Of a stretch of DNA of 38,550 nt, positions 11,813 through 24,011 are shown piece by piece. This DNA is from Octopus bimaculoides (taxonomy: Eukaryota), in NCBI RefSeq assembly GCF_001194135.2, contig NC_069006.1:389351-427900 (forward strand), given 5' to 3'. The position numbers and the translations under genes were made by a program. The notes under the pieces are model-generated. The model had not been told where the DNA came from. It searched no databases and saw only the letters and a list, made by a program, of their open reading frames with translations. The stretch's first letter is position 1; the number at the start of each line of letters is the position of its first letter.

Positions 11813-12546
11813 AGCATATGCATACACGAATTACACACATGTATTTACAGGCAGAAACACATACATGCAGATGCAAACACATACACGGACAAAAACACAG
11901 ACGTCCACACATGTACACACACAACTATTAAACAGAAATTACACACACGTCGACACAAAAATAAATATAAACAATCATATACACACATGCACAAAAAAAT
12001 ATACGCGACATAAATACACAAAGACATATTTATACACACCCCAATAACACACATATATACACAGGGAGAAACGCATATATACAGATACTTACAGACAAAC
12101 ACATACACACATAGATATACACACATATTCAATCACTCATACAAAACGATCTAATCGATTCATCTAAATTAACAATGGCGTATGGTATACAAAGAAAAAT
12201 AAACGCTGGCATATAGAACCACACACACACACACACATAGACAATACTGATACACGTAGACACATATCAGGGCATATACAAACACATACATATATAGAGA
12301 CAAGAATACACAGCTGCATTCACACAAATACATACAAAGACAGAATATATACACACACACGCGCGAGAGTGAGCTCAAAGACACAAACACACTGGACACA
12401 CAGACACGTTTTAGTGATTTATCAATGGAAGATATTGCTTCTAACAAGTAACGACTTATGTCTTAAAAGGATTTCTAATTTATGAGTTTATGTCTGGTTA
12501 TTTACACGCACCCACCCACCCAACAAACGCGCGCGCAAACACAGAA

Positions 12547-12577
<31 letters not shown>

Positions 12578-12929
12578 CACGCGTACACATTAATATATTG
12601 AAAATATATATACACGTACATAGTTCCATGCATCCACATCTAGTAATACATAGAGACATACGTGCATATATATATACAGTGAGAGAGAAAGAGAGAGATA
12701 TATACAAATAGGTATAGATATTTATTCACGAATGTATATACATCCATATACACATGCACATGCATCCATGCACTCATTAACGCACGCACAAACACACGAA
12801 CAAGCATATATACTCGTATACATAAATATAAACAAATAGATATATGATCATACATGTTTCCATACATTGACACGTACATCCACATATAACATTATATTCA
12901 AAAACCTACATACTAATATACACACGTTC

Positions 12930-12979
<50 letters not shown>

Positions 12980-13000
12980 ACATACATATTTGCAAACATA

Positions 13001-13297
13001 TATGTGGTTGTGTGGTAAGAAGCTTACTTCCCAACCATATGCCTCCAGGTTCAATCTATCTGTGCGGCACCTTGGGTAAGTGTCCTCTACTTTAGCCTCG
13101 GGCCGCACCATTTGACAACCGGTGCTGGTGTGTTTATGTCCCCGTAACCTAGAGGTTCGGCAAAAGATATTGGTAGAATAAGTACCAGGTTTTCAAAAAT
13201 CAGTACCGGGTACTGAGGTCGATGCATTCGACTAAAAAATTCTTAAAGGTGGTGCCCCAGGATGGCTCTAGTCTAACGACTGAAATAAATGAAAGGA

Positions 13298-13300
<3 letters not shown>
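13001..13300 (+). mobile_element. SINE family B copy with internal deletion
   Basis: Head TGTGGTAAGAAGC..GGTTCAATC..TTGGGTAAGTGTC joined directly to TTGACAACCGGTGCTGGTGTG...GACTGAAA. Confidence 0.85.
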
Positions 13301-13360
<60 letters not shown>

Positions 13361-13442
13361 CAACAATATAGAATATGGAGACTTGTTCATCCTCAACATT
13401 CATTTCCTCTTATATAATTTCTTAGAGCATATTTTTTATGGT

Positions 13443-14059
13443 TGTTACGTCTACCCGTATTTCCACCGCACAAAGCCTGGCCAGTTACACATGGAACCGG
13501 AAATGATTTTCTGTGCAGCTTCTTCGGAGTCTGTCCATTTTGGCTAGTTTCAAGGAAAACAGAATACAGCTGTTTGTTAGGGTTCAGGGGGAAAGTAGGA
13601 AGAGGCTGTTGTTATGTATCCCTATAAGATAATGAAGGATGAGAACTTACCCTATATTTTCCGAAGGTGGCGAGATAAACGTTTGTCAACGACCGTTTGG
13701 CAAAACGACCGTTTTGGCAGAAATAACGTCGGTATGAATAACCAAATATATATACAGGAAGTTAGCATAGTACGAGANNNNNNNNNNACCTCGTTCCCTT
13801 CCTGTTAACGAGCAAGGCAGGTAATCTCGCACTTCCTGTTAAAAAGAGGAGTGGGGAAGACAGCTGGAGCTTGGCGCAGATAGAACCAGAACGAGAGACG
13901 GAGCTGCGTACGGGTCGGACCGTTCACCACCTACTTTGAAACCATTGAGGCTGGACATAATCTCCATAAATGAACATTTACTTCCCAGTTTGAACACTTT
14001 GTTGTTGCGATCAGAAGTTTAACACTTTTTCTTACATTATAATTTGTCTGATCGTAACA
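13443..14059 (+). mobile_element. 5' LTR of a Ty3/Gypsy retrotransposon (~617 bp, contains a 10-N gap)
   Basis: Terminal inverted 7-mer TGTTACG...CGTAACA, followed 3 nt later by a tRNA primer-binding site. Confidence 0.8.
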
Positions 14060-14062
14060 AAC

Positions 14063-14080
14063 TGGGGGCTCGTCCGGGAT
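14063..14080 (+). promoter_or_regulatory. Primer-binding site complementary to the tRNA-Pro 3' end
   Basis: TGGGGGCTCGTCCGGGAT is the reverse complement of ATCCCGGACGAGCCCCCA, the 3' 18 nt of metazoan tRNA-Pro including CCA. Confidence 0.9.
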
Positions 14081-14218
14081 CTGAACTCTCGCACACACAT
14101 TGTAAAACAACTTTACTATTCACCTATGAACTGANNNNNNNNNNGCTAAAATACACATATTACCTGCAATAATTTTGTATCAACATTCGAAATTCTTCTT
14201 GTGAAACCAGTATTTATC

Positions 14219-14272
14219 ATGGAATTTAAGGTGGAAGAATTTATTGAATTTCCCAGTGTGGAGCAATTGAGG
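14219..14272 (+). pseudogene. Truncated gag N-terminus (Gmr1/SCAN-type Gypsy-like)
   Basis: MEFKVEEFIEFPSVEQLR lies just downstream of the LTR and PBS and is cut off by the family E repeat. The family assignment is from remembered similarity. Confidence 0.55.
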
Positions 14273-14418
14273 ATATGGTTGTGATGCATGTGCCTGGTGT
14301 ACCCTTATCAGACGGGTAGTCACGATGAATATACTGGGCTTCGTATATTTTACCCCAGTGTCACTTCGACGGGGTGTGCTGCTCTCTCGCTCAATAATAA
14401 TAATAATAATAATAATAA
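14273..14418 (+). mobile_element. Family E 3' fragment with (AAT)n tail
   Basis: Homologous to 9300-9412 in the opposite orientation. Confidence 0.75.
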
Positions 14419-14623
14419 TCCTTTCTACAATAGGCACAAGGCCTGAAATTTATGGGGGGTGGGGTAAGTCGATGATATCGACCTCAGTACATGACTGGTA
14501 CCTAATTTATCGACCCCGAATGGATGAAAGGCAACGTCCACCTCGGTGGAATTTGAACGCAGAACGTAAAGATGGACGAAACGTCTCTAAGAATTTCGCC
14601 CGGCGGATGCTGCCAGCTCACTG
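14396..14623 (-). mobile_element. SINE family A copy
   Basis: (AAT)n-CCTTTCTAC..CACAAGGCCTGAAATT..CTGGTACC..GATGAAAGGC..ATTTGAACGCAGAACGTAAAG, the reverse complement of family A. Confidence 0.85.
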
Positions 14624-15783
14624 CATCAGTAGTAATAATAACAATAATAATAATATGAAGAAGAAGATGAAGACAGGAATGGTGATGAAGAACCACGGGA
14701 ATAACTAGAAGAAAATAAAAGAGAAAGTAGAAGAAAAGGAATTCTGAGAATTAATGTAAAAGAGATATTGAAGTTAGAAAGCAATGAAAAGTATTCTAAC
14801 AACAACAACACGAAGAACAACAAGAAGAGAGTGTGTCGGTTTCGACAAGAATTGGAATATAAAACGCACTGGAGTGAATAAAAGCATTTTGAATGTGTTT
14901 TGGTACGGAAGGAATTCAGTAGAGTTTTACAACGCCAACATTTGTCTCCTGCCAAAAACCTTTGACAAGTTCTAACTAATCAGACCTCGTCGCTTAAGCT
15001 CCGTTGGCTTCTGTCCAGGAAGAAAGAAAGAAAAAAAAATAGACATATATATACGAGAGAAAAATAGACAGACAACAAGATAGAGAAAAGGAGAGAGAGA
15101 TAGAAAATCTGGCCTTTGCTACGATGCCGAAATCGGACTTTAAGAGATGAACTTTTGCTCTAACAAAGAGCTGCCGCCACCATCCGCCTCGCTGTTTTGT
15201 GGTATGATTTGTATAAGCAGAAAGAAGAGGTTTTGTGTTTTTTTTTTTTTCAGTTGCATAAATAAAGCAAAGTGAAATATATTTATATGTATTTATACAT
15301 GGACTACGCTATTCACACACACACACACATACGTGTGTGTGTGTGTGGGCCCGTGTGTATGCATATAAATCAACGCGGCCACAATAATATATGTATGTAA
15401 GTATGTATGTATGTATATGAACTTTTACAGGCGTGTGTGTGTATATGTATATAAATATATATACACCGACATAATCATTAATACACATGTATAAGCATGC
15501 TTTTCTAGTCTTTGCGTGTGTCTGTGGGTATATATACGCCAAAACACACTTCTTAAAGCACCACCATCACTAAATGCTAAATCAAATTTAAATGTTTCCA
15601 CACACGTGACACGGAACCCTAAAATCTGCCGCTATTTCCAACGTGAGAGATTATTTCGTTCATCTTTCAAGGGACTCGACGTACTATGAAAAGCTTGTCT
15701 CTTAACCACCACCACCAACAACAACAACAACACAACCAGATTGACCTACTAACGGAAGAAAATGGATCAGATGCTAACGTATT

Positions 15784-15824
<41 letters not shown>

Positions 15825-16056
15825 TATATACACATACACACACACACACACANNNNNNNNNNNNNNNNNNNNNNNNNNNNNNNNNNNNNNNNNNNNNNNN
15901 NNNNNNNNNNNNNNNNNNNNNNNNNNNNNNNNNNNNNNNNNNNNNNNNNNNNNNNNNNNNNNNNNNNNNNNNNNNNNNNNNNNNNNNNNNNNNNNNNNNN
16001 NNNNNNNNNNNNNNNNNNNNNNNNNNNNNNNNNNNNNNNNNNNNNNNNNNNNNNNN

Positions 16057-16097
<41 letters not shown>

Positions 16098-16571
16098 TAT
16101 ATACACATACACACACACACACACACATGTATGTATGTATGTATACCATTATTTCACTGGTTTCAGTTATTCGTCTGGAGCCATACTAGTATACGACCAT
16201 TCGCGTTTTTATAGTCGTTCCCATGGACTCAGTCACGTATACTTATATCAACACCTATTTATCGAATGAGAAACTTATGATACGGAACACTAGTGTAAAC
16301 AGTTAAGCCTAAACCGAAGGAAAGCTTGGGCTTTTCCCAGCTCCTTCAACAAAATACCCACTTATAAGACGATGGTCAATCAAAAATAGAGTATCGGTAG
16401 AAGAAGACAGTTGTTGTCTTCCACGAAATGGAATTAGATCCCCGGTACCAAGTGGATGCGTTGCGAGTTGGACTTGCTACACATACAGCCTTAATGGCGG
16501 CTATAACATTTGTCCAACATTAATAAAATTTGTCTCACGTTAACAATAATAATTTAAGATATTAGCGATTA

Positions 16572-16989
16572 TAAGGCGGCGAGCTGGCAGAAACGTTAGC
16601 ACGCCGGGCGAAATGCTTAGCGGTCTGCCATTACGTTCTGAGTTCAAATTCCGCCGAGGTCGACTTTGCTTTTTATCCTTTCGGGGTCGATAAATTAAGT
16701 ACCACTTACGCACTGGGGTCGATATAATCGACTTAATCCCTTTGCCTGTCCTTGTTTGTCCCCTCTATATTTAGCCCCTTGTGGGCAATAAAGAAATAAG
16801 AAGCGTTAGCACGCCGAGCGAAATGCTTAGCATTATTTCGTCTGTCGCCACGTTCTGAGTTCAAATTCCGCCGAGGTCAACTTTGCCTTTCATCGTCGAT
16901 TAAATTAGTACCAGTTACGTACTGGGTCGATCTAATCGACTTAATCCCTTCTCCCCAAATCTGAGGCCTTGTGCTTCCAGTAGAAAAGC

Positions 16990-17024
<35 letters not shown>

Positions 17025-17025
17025 T
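16572..17025 (+). mobile_element. Two tandem, relatively young family A SINEs (16572-16802 and 16803-17025) with different 3' ends
   Basis: GGCGGCGAGCTGGCAGAAACGTTAGCACGCCGGGCG and GAGTTCAAATTCCGCCGAGGTC. The first ends CCCTTGTGGGCAATAAAGAAATAAGAA; the second ends (ATT)n. Confidence 0.9.
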
Positions 17026-17978
17026 GAGGATGTTGTAGTGGTAGTATCTGGAGCAGTTGGAAACAACGCCAATAATAACAGGAAGACGACAGCATCATTT
17101 GTAGAATGTACGCCGAATCAATGGCGGATAGAGGAGAATCCCCCCCACACACCGACACATAGACCACCACCACCGCAACAAAGACAATGACAATCAGGAA
17201 AACAAACCGAACGACAACATCTCCGGATAAGACAGAAATATGCTGCACCGTAACCTGTCTAAATCAATAGACGAGGCTAGAAAGAAAAAGAGCAGCGACA
17301 AGAAAAGCGATGGCAAACGCAGCTTCAATAATAACATTAAAAACAACAACAACAACAGAAGCGGAGGTAAGAACTACAACAACAACAATGACACCACCAC
17401 CACCACCAACAACAACAACACCAGTAACAACAACAACAGTATCAGTAACAACAACACCAGTAACAACAACAACAGTATCAGTAACAGCAACAACAACAAC
17501 TAATTCTAAAGACGTAGACAGATACGCAAGTCATTAAGTGAAGACGTAATCTACATGGAAGCCATAAAGATGTAGAACACGTGACGGTAGAGACACGATA
17601 CAACGAACACAGCACATAAATACACACACACACACACACATATATGTATACACCAATATATTTACCTTTATAGATATATATATACACATATATATACATA
17701 TACGCACACATATATACATATACGCACACATATATACATATACGCACACATATATAAATACACACACATATATAAATACACACACATACACATATATATA
17801 TCTTTACATACACACACACACCAAATANNNNNNNNNNTGTCTCTCTTACATTAAATGTATTATTCCACTGAACTTAACCTCTTTAATGGGACAGCTTGTC
17901 TTTTTGTTTCCTCAGTTATCTTCGTCCGAACGACTACTGAATTATCTCAGCTATCTACCTACCTACCTTACTCAACTA

Positions 17979-18009
<31 letters not shown>

Positions 18010-18234
18010 NNNNNNNNNNATATACATATATATATATACATATATATATATACATATACATATACACATCTCTATGGCACGTCTTTCTCTCACTGTCTCT
18101 CTTACATTAAATGTATTATTCCACTGAACTTAACCTCTTTAATGGGACAGCTTGTCTTTTTGTTTCCTCAGTTATCTTCGTCCGAACGACTACTGAATTA
18201 TCTCAGCTATCTACCTACCTACCTTACTCAACTA

Positions 18235-18266
<32 letters not shown>

Positions 18267-18681
18267 GCTTATTAATGTTTCCTTCTCTCTCCATAACTAT
18301 TTATCTAACTATCTACATCTCCCCCCTTACTTATGTATCAGTTGAACTTACCATTTATTTATAGGGTTTGCTATGTATTTATCTATCTATCTATCTATCT
18401 ATCTATCTCTAGTTGTAGAGCCATGCATCTCTAATAACAACACGAATAACAACATTAACACAAACAATGCGAAGAACAAGAACGGCTGAAACTAGAATAG
18501 CAACAACAACAACGTAAATAAAATTGAGAGTATCAACAACAACAATAACCTCGAAGACAGACACAGATGCGTATCATGAAATAAACACGTAATCTCCAAG
18601 GAAGATTTGGCATGGATCTCCACAGACGGCCATCTCTAAAGCTTGATACAAAATGTTACTGAATATCTACGAAGGCGGGGT

Positions 18682-18812
18682 GGCTAGGAATCTCGCTTTT
18701 CAACCATGTGGTGTCGTGCGTTCAGTCCCACTGCGAGGCACAGTGGGCAAGTGTCTTTTACTGTAGCCGCGGGACAACCGATGTCTTGTGAATGAACTTG
18801 GTAAACGGAGTA
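18682..18812 (+). mobile_element. SINE family B 5' fragment
   Basis: GTTCAGTCCCACTGCG..GGGCAAGTGTCTT..CTTGTGAATGAACTTGGTAAACGG. Confidence 0.75.
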
Positions 18813-18970
18813 TATGACTATATATATATATATNNNNNNNNNNNNNNNNNNNNNNNNNNNNNNNNNNNNNNNNNNNNNNNNNNNNNNNNNNNNNNNATAT
18901 ATATATATATATATATATACATATATATAGGAGAGTATTGTAGTTCGCTTGAAGCATTGTGTATTGCTTG

Positions 18971-19246
18971 TAAAGAATAAAGATTTAGAATGGTACAGCA
19001 ATGCACTATAAAACAAGAAATGGACTATATACCTGTTGTAATTTGGTTATCTATAGTCCGATGATATTTCGGAATTACAATTCCTTCTTCAGAACTTCTT
19101 AGCTAGAGACTAGCTTAGAAGATCTGAAGAAGGAATTGTAATTCCGAAATATCATCGGACTATAGATAACCAAATTACAACAGGTATATGGTCCATTTTT
19201 TTGTATTATGGGGCATTGTTGTACCATTCTAAATTTTTATTCTTTA
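18971..19246. repeat. 276-bp near-perfect palindrome (136-bp arms, 3-nt spacer)
   Basis: 18971-19106 is the reverse complement of 19110-19246, with a perfect block of about 65 bp. Confidence 0.95.
19121..19156 (+). ncRNA. Minimal type I hammerhead motif; mirror copy on the minus strand at 19060-19095
   Basis: GAT-CTGAAGA-A-GGAAT-TGTA-ATTCC-GAA-ATAT-C-ATC: intact core, 5-bp stem II, palindromic minimal stem III, AUC site at 19153, and only 3 proximal stem I pairs. Confidence 0.65.
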
Positions 19247-19708
19247 TATATATGTATATATATAGTCATTTCAAGGATGTCACGTCCTCATTAGGGATTA
19301 ATAAATCCAAAATTTCACTGGCTTAATCTCCATCACATTAGAAGAAAATCTTCAAAATATATTCGGGATTATTATAATAAGTATCATTAATAATAAGGTA
19401 AGAAAATGGGGAGGTGAGATTAATTTATTTGTATCATAGTTTGAAGTTCAAATTTAAATGAAAATAAATTTTTAAAAAGTACAAAAGCAACTCAAGGAAT
19501 CTACATAAGTTTCGATTCTGGCCCCTTAGTAATGCAGAATTCGAAGCATTTAGGTCAAATCCAATGTTAAGAATTGGGTATCATTTAAAACTGTATAGGG
19601 CAGAATCTTTTCATTTTTTTGTTTTTGTTTTTATAAAACGAAGGTTACACCTATCTTGAAGGTGTTCAAATCAAAAACTCTTACCTTATTATTAATATTA
19701 GTTATTAT

Positions 19709-19745
<37 letters not shown>

Positions 19746-19880
19746 GGTATTGTAAATTTTAGAGGTAATACTTGATAAGTGTAAGCACTTGTATATGCCG
19801 GATAGTGGCAGAGGTGAAAGAATATATTAAAACGTATCCTTTGTGTTCTGTTTTCATTTTACGTTTTAATATATATATAT

Positions 19881-20090
19881 ACTCTTTTTTACTCTTTTAC
19901 TTGTTTCAGTCATTTGATTGTGGCCATGCTGGAGCACCGCCTTTAGTAAATCAAATCGACCCCAGGACTTATTCTTTGTAAGCCTAGTACTTATTCTTTC
20001 GGTCTCTTTTGCCGAACCGCTAAGTTACGGGGATGTAAACACACCAGCATCGGTTGTCAAGCGATTTTGGGGGACAAACACACACACACA
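19881..20090 (-). mobile_element. SINE family B 3' half, young copy
   Basis: The reverse complement ends ...GGCGGTGCTCCAGCATGGCCACAATCAAATGACTGAAACAAGTAAAAGAGTAAAAAAGAGT. Confidence 0.9.
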
Positions 20091-20108
20091 CACATAAACA
20101 TACATACA

Positions 20109-20696
20109 AACTGGTGGGAACACAAACCACCTTCCAGTGCTTGAAAATGATCACATCTCACTCCTCTGGAACTTCACTGTTCAAACTGACAGAAAGATAG
20201 TTACAAATAGGCCAGACATTATATTGAAAGATTTCAGACAAAAATCATGCCTCCTCATTGATATGACTGTCCCAATCAACATAAATGTATCTCTCAAGAC
20301 CTACCAAAAACTGAGCAAGTATAAAGATCTTGAAATAGAAATTGGCAAAACGTGGAACCTCAAGACTAAAACAAAGCCTGATGTCATAGGTGCCCTAAGA
20401 ATGATTGCTACGTAACTCAGATACCAGGAAACCCCAAAATGACAGAAATTCAAAAAATACTGTTAATGGGAACTGCCCAAATCCTACGTAAAATACTGTC
20501 TATGTAATCTCAAATTTTAAAACAAACTCATAATTTTCTTATGGTTTCTTAAACGTTCTCTAGAACAATACTATGGCACCTTAGGCATAACACCAGCATG
20601 AACTTCTAATTTGGTGTCTCTCGAGGTCTCTGGGTGAGATTTGAAGTCAACTTGTACAAGTACAAAGCAAAAGTCAAACATAATAATAATAATAAT
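20109..20696 (+). mobile_element. 5'-truncated non-LTR retrotransposon with a restriction-like endonuclease C-terminus (R4/Dong-like) and (TAA)n tail
   Basis: NWWEHKPP/VLENDHISLLWNFTVQTDRKIVTNRPDIILKDFRQKSCLLIDMTVP...KLSKYKDLEIEIGKTWNLKT carries the RPDI..D..K..KY REL motif. It is frameshifted; the final stop is at 20505-20507, followed by a 3' UTR. Confidence 0.85.
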
Positions 20697-20840
20697 CCTT
20701 TCTACTATAGACACAAGGCCTGAATTTGAGGGGAGGGGACTAGTCGATTACATCGACTCCAGTGTTCAACTGGTACTTATTTTATAGACACCGAAATGAG
20801 TGAAAGGCAAAGACGACCTCGGTAGAATGTGAACTCATAT
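20681..20840 (-). mobile_element. SINE family A 3' half
   Basis: (AAT)nCCTTTCTACTATAGACACAAGGCCTGAA..CTGGTACTTATTT..TGAAAGGCAAAGACGACCTCGG. Confidence 0.85.
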
Positions 20841-21964
20841 ACTAGTAGTTGCCGCAGCAGCAGATTTTTTGTCCTTGTTTTCCTCTGAAAAACGCCTGAT
20901 GTAAAATCTATTCATAATTGCACTAATAATAATCAAAATAATAACAGCAAAGCAAACACTAGAACACATTAAATATTAATAGACGTATATTTATAATGCA
21001 TTCATCACCTGAGTAGTGTCTCCTCTATAATACCACATTAAATATTCCTTCTACCTTTTCGGCCAAGATTAATGACGACCTACTTACCAAACCAAACATC
21101 CTGAATATTACTTACTACACAATACATACATGTCATTTCAAGTGTGTGTGTGTGTGTGTGTATCGCTATATTAAACATTTCATTTTAACTCTCTTAATTA
21201 ATTCATAATCTTCTACAGTGATTAACCAACAATAACGTTTATATTGAATATGGAGCCAACAACTGTTGACTGGTATAAAAGACGTACAGATCATACAAGA
21301 GACATGCTAGTTTCTGCGGCGCACGGACAGGACCCCCNNNNNNNNNNNNNNNNNNNNNNNNNNNNNNNNNNNNNNNNNNNNNNNNNNNNNNNNNNNNNNN
21401 NNNNNNNNNNNNNNNNNNNNNNNNNNNNNNNNNNNNNNNNNNNNNNNNNNNNNNNNNNNNNNNNNCAGCTTCTAGTGCATTAAAGCCTGTAATACAGGCC
21501 AACTTGGCACATAAGACTCGGGATTATTTTCTGAGACATTTTGGGGAGAAAAATTGGTCTTATATCATTTATACCCTCTCTACAATAGGCCTAAGACCAG
21601 AAATTTTAACGGAGGGGCTAAGTCGATTGATAGGAAGACTCAGCGGTTATGTCGTTACCGGACGTCTGTCACTAAGGGACCGAGGCAGGGCGGAATCAAC
21701 GCGGCCGTAGCAGACGGTTCTCGTCTATCAACGACTGGAATTTCAACATCAACAACAGGGTATTTTGTAGGTGTGTATATGTGTAAATTTGTATGTTTTG
21801 CTTTACGTATGTCTTCTCATGCCTATAGTTGCATATCTAGACATGCTCGTATATATTTAAATGATAAACTTTACAGAAAGTTTTACAGATTTTTACAGTT
21901 CCAGTGATGGATTGGATCTATAGTCTTCGAGTGCGTCTGTGTGAGTGTGTATATGTGTGTATCT

Positions 21965-22175
21965 GTCTTTGTGATTGTCCCGCCGACATCGCTTGGCAAC
22001 CGGTGTTGGTTCACGTCTCGATAATTTGGCGGTTCGACCAAAGGGTCTGACAGAACAAGTACCAGACTTTAAAAAGAATTACTGGTGGGATCCATTCTTG
22101 TCGACTGAACCAAACAGGGCTATGCCCCCAAATGGCGGCATTCGAACGACTGAAACAAGAAAAAATGCGCGCGTG
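21965..22175 (+). mobile_element. SINE family B 3' half, diverged
   Basis: GCTTGGCAACCGGTGTTGG..GGTTCG..AAGTACCAG..GACTGAAACAAG. Confidence 0.75.
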
Positions 22176-22275
22176 TGTGTTGGCGTGTGTGTGTGTTGGC
22201 GTGTGTGTGTGTTGGCGTGTGTGTGTGTTGGCGTGTGTGTGTGTTGGTGTGTGTGTGTGTGATGTGTGTATGTGT
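22175..22275. repeat. Minisatellite of (GT)n-TGGC units (~14 bp)
   Basis: Repeated GTGTGTGTGTTGGC units are directly visible. Confidence 0.85.
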
Positions 22276-23103
22276 TGGCGTTTTTCTCTAACTCCAGGTG
22301 ATTATGATCCCACGCGTCTAATATCAAAAGCGTTCCAGCCTTGTTAAGCCTGCCTATTATTTTTCAGTTATAGTGTATTCGGACTCACATAGTGATGTAT
22401 CTACCACTACAAAGACCACACACGAGCGCACGGACACAAACATACGCACACATGCAGACATACATACATGCATACATACATATACATACACACCAGACAA
22501 ATAAGCATACTGGAAAGAGGGGAGAGAAAATGGCCTAAAGAAATACATATTTTAAGCTCAACGTTATACGTACACGTATAAGGACACACACACACACACA
22601 CACACAGATACACACAAAAATACATATACAAGTAGACACACAACATTATTAAATATGGTGAAAGCTAGCGAGAAAATGACCCCCAGAAACACACGCATTC
22701 GGTCACGTATACAGTCACACGCATAACCACACACACACACACACAAACATACGACACGATTAAACATGGCGGAAACAAGTGAGAAAATGGCTGCCTTAAA
22801 AACACGCGCATACAAATACACAAATATACATATATTTATATATGTATATATATCCTCACGCACACCAACACGCCCTTACATCAATCGAAGTCCTATCAAT
22901 AAACGAATCAATAGCCAATATTTTCGTGTCCAGAATGGGCGTCCATTACAAACAGGATCGTAACAATTGCAACATCAACCAAACCAGAAGACTCTCTATT
23001 GATCGGATTTACTAACGGCAGCCATTTATAAACCGATCACTGCTTGAAATTATTGATTCATCGCCATCGTTACATGTTTAACAATTCTGACGTCCTATTC
23101 ACA

Positions 23104-23139
<36 letters not shown>

Positions 23140-23326
23140 CTCGTACAGAGAGAGAGAGAAAGAGAGAGAGAGAGAAGAGTGTGTGTGAGAGAGAAAAAGA
23201 AATTACGCTGACAAACACATTTACATATATGTACATATGCACATATATATGTGGATATATGCATACATACATATAAGTACATAGACCTTTATATAAATAG
23301 ATAGATAGAGAGAATAATGTACAAGT

Positions 23327-23364
<38 letters not shown>

Positions 23365-24011
23365 GTATTATGACACACACAGACATATACGGACATGCAT
23401 TATACCATATATATGTACACATGTACGCACACATTTTTTTTTTATTTACTTTTTCCTCTTTCACCACCACCACTACCACCACCACCAGCACCAGCACCAC
23501 TACTACCACCACCACCACCACAATCACCACCGTGTCCGCCGCCGCTTCCGTCGCCTTCATTTTTCGTCCGACTGCGATCGTTGTTNNNNNNNNNNNNNNN
23601 NNNNNNNNNNNNNNNNNNNNNNNNNNNNNNNNNNNNNNNNNNNNNNNNNNNNNNNNNNNNNNNNNNNNNNNNNNNNNNNNNNNNNNNNNNNNNNNNNNNN
23701 NNNNNNNNNNNNNNNNNNNNNNNNNNNNNNNNNNNNNNNNNNNNNNNNNNNNNNNNNNNNNNNNNNNNNNNNNNNNNNNNNNNNNNNNNNNNNNNNNNNN
23801 NNNNNNNNNNNNNNNNNNNNNNNNNNNNNNNNNNNNNNNNNNNNNNNNNNNNNNNNNNNNNNNNNNNNNNNNNNNNNNNNNNNNNNNNNNNNNNNNNNNN
23901 NNNNNNNNNNNNNNNNNNNNNNGTCATATTGTATTATTTGCTTACAAAATAATACAATAAGATAAAAAAAAAAATGTCAACTTTTATTATATTCCTTATA
24001 TATATTAAAAA

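Noticed and set aside
13587-13615. Purine run followed by TGTT, suggesting a polypurine tract and an alternative LTR start at 13610
   Set aside because: The start at 13443 gives the better 7-bp terminal inverted repeat, so the purine run is probably internal to the LTR.
15783-16127. Near-identical microsatellite blocks on both sides of a gap; also 2133-2185 vs 3187-3240
   Set aside because: Probably unmerged contig overlaps.
17240-17370. Lys/Asn-rich ORF ending at GAG|GTAAGA
   Set aside because: There is an in-frame stop just upstream and it runs into an (AAC)n repeat.
17839-18265. Exact ~170-bp duplication (17839-18009 vs 18096-18265)
   Set aside because: The first copy is flanked by 10-N gaps and is identical to the second, typical of a scaffolding overlap artefact.
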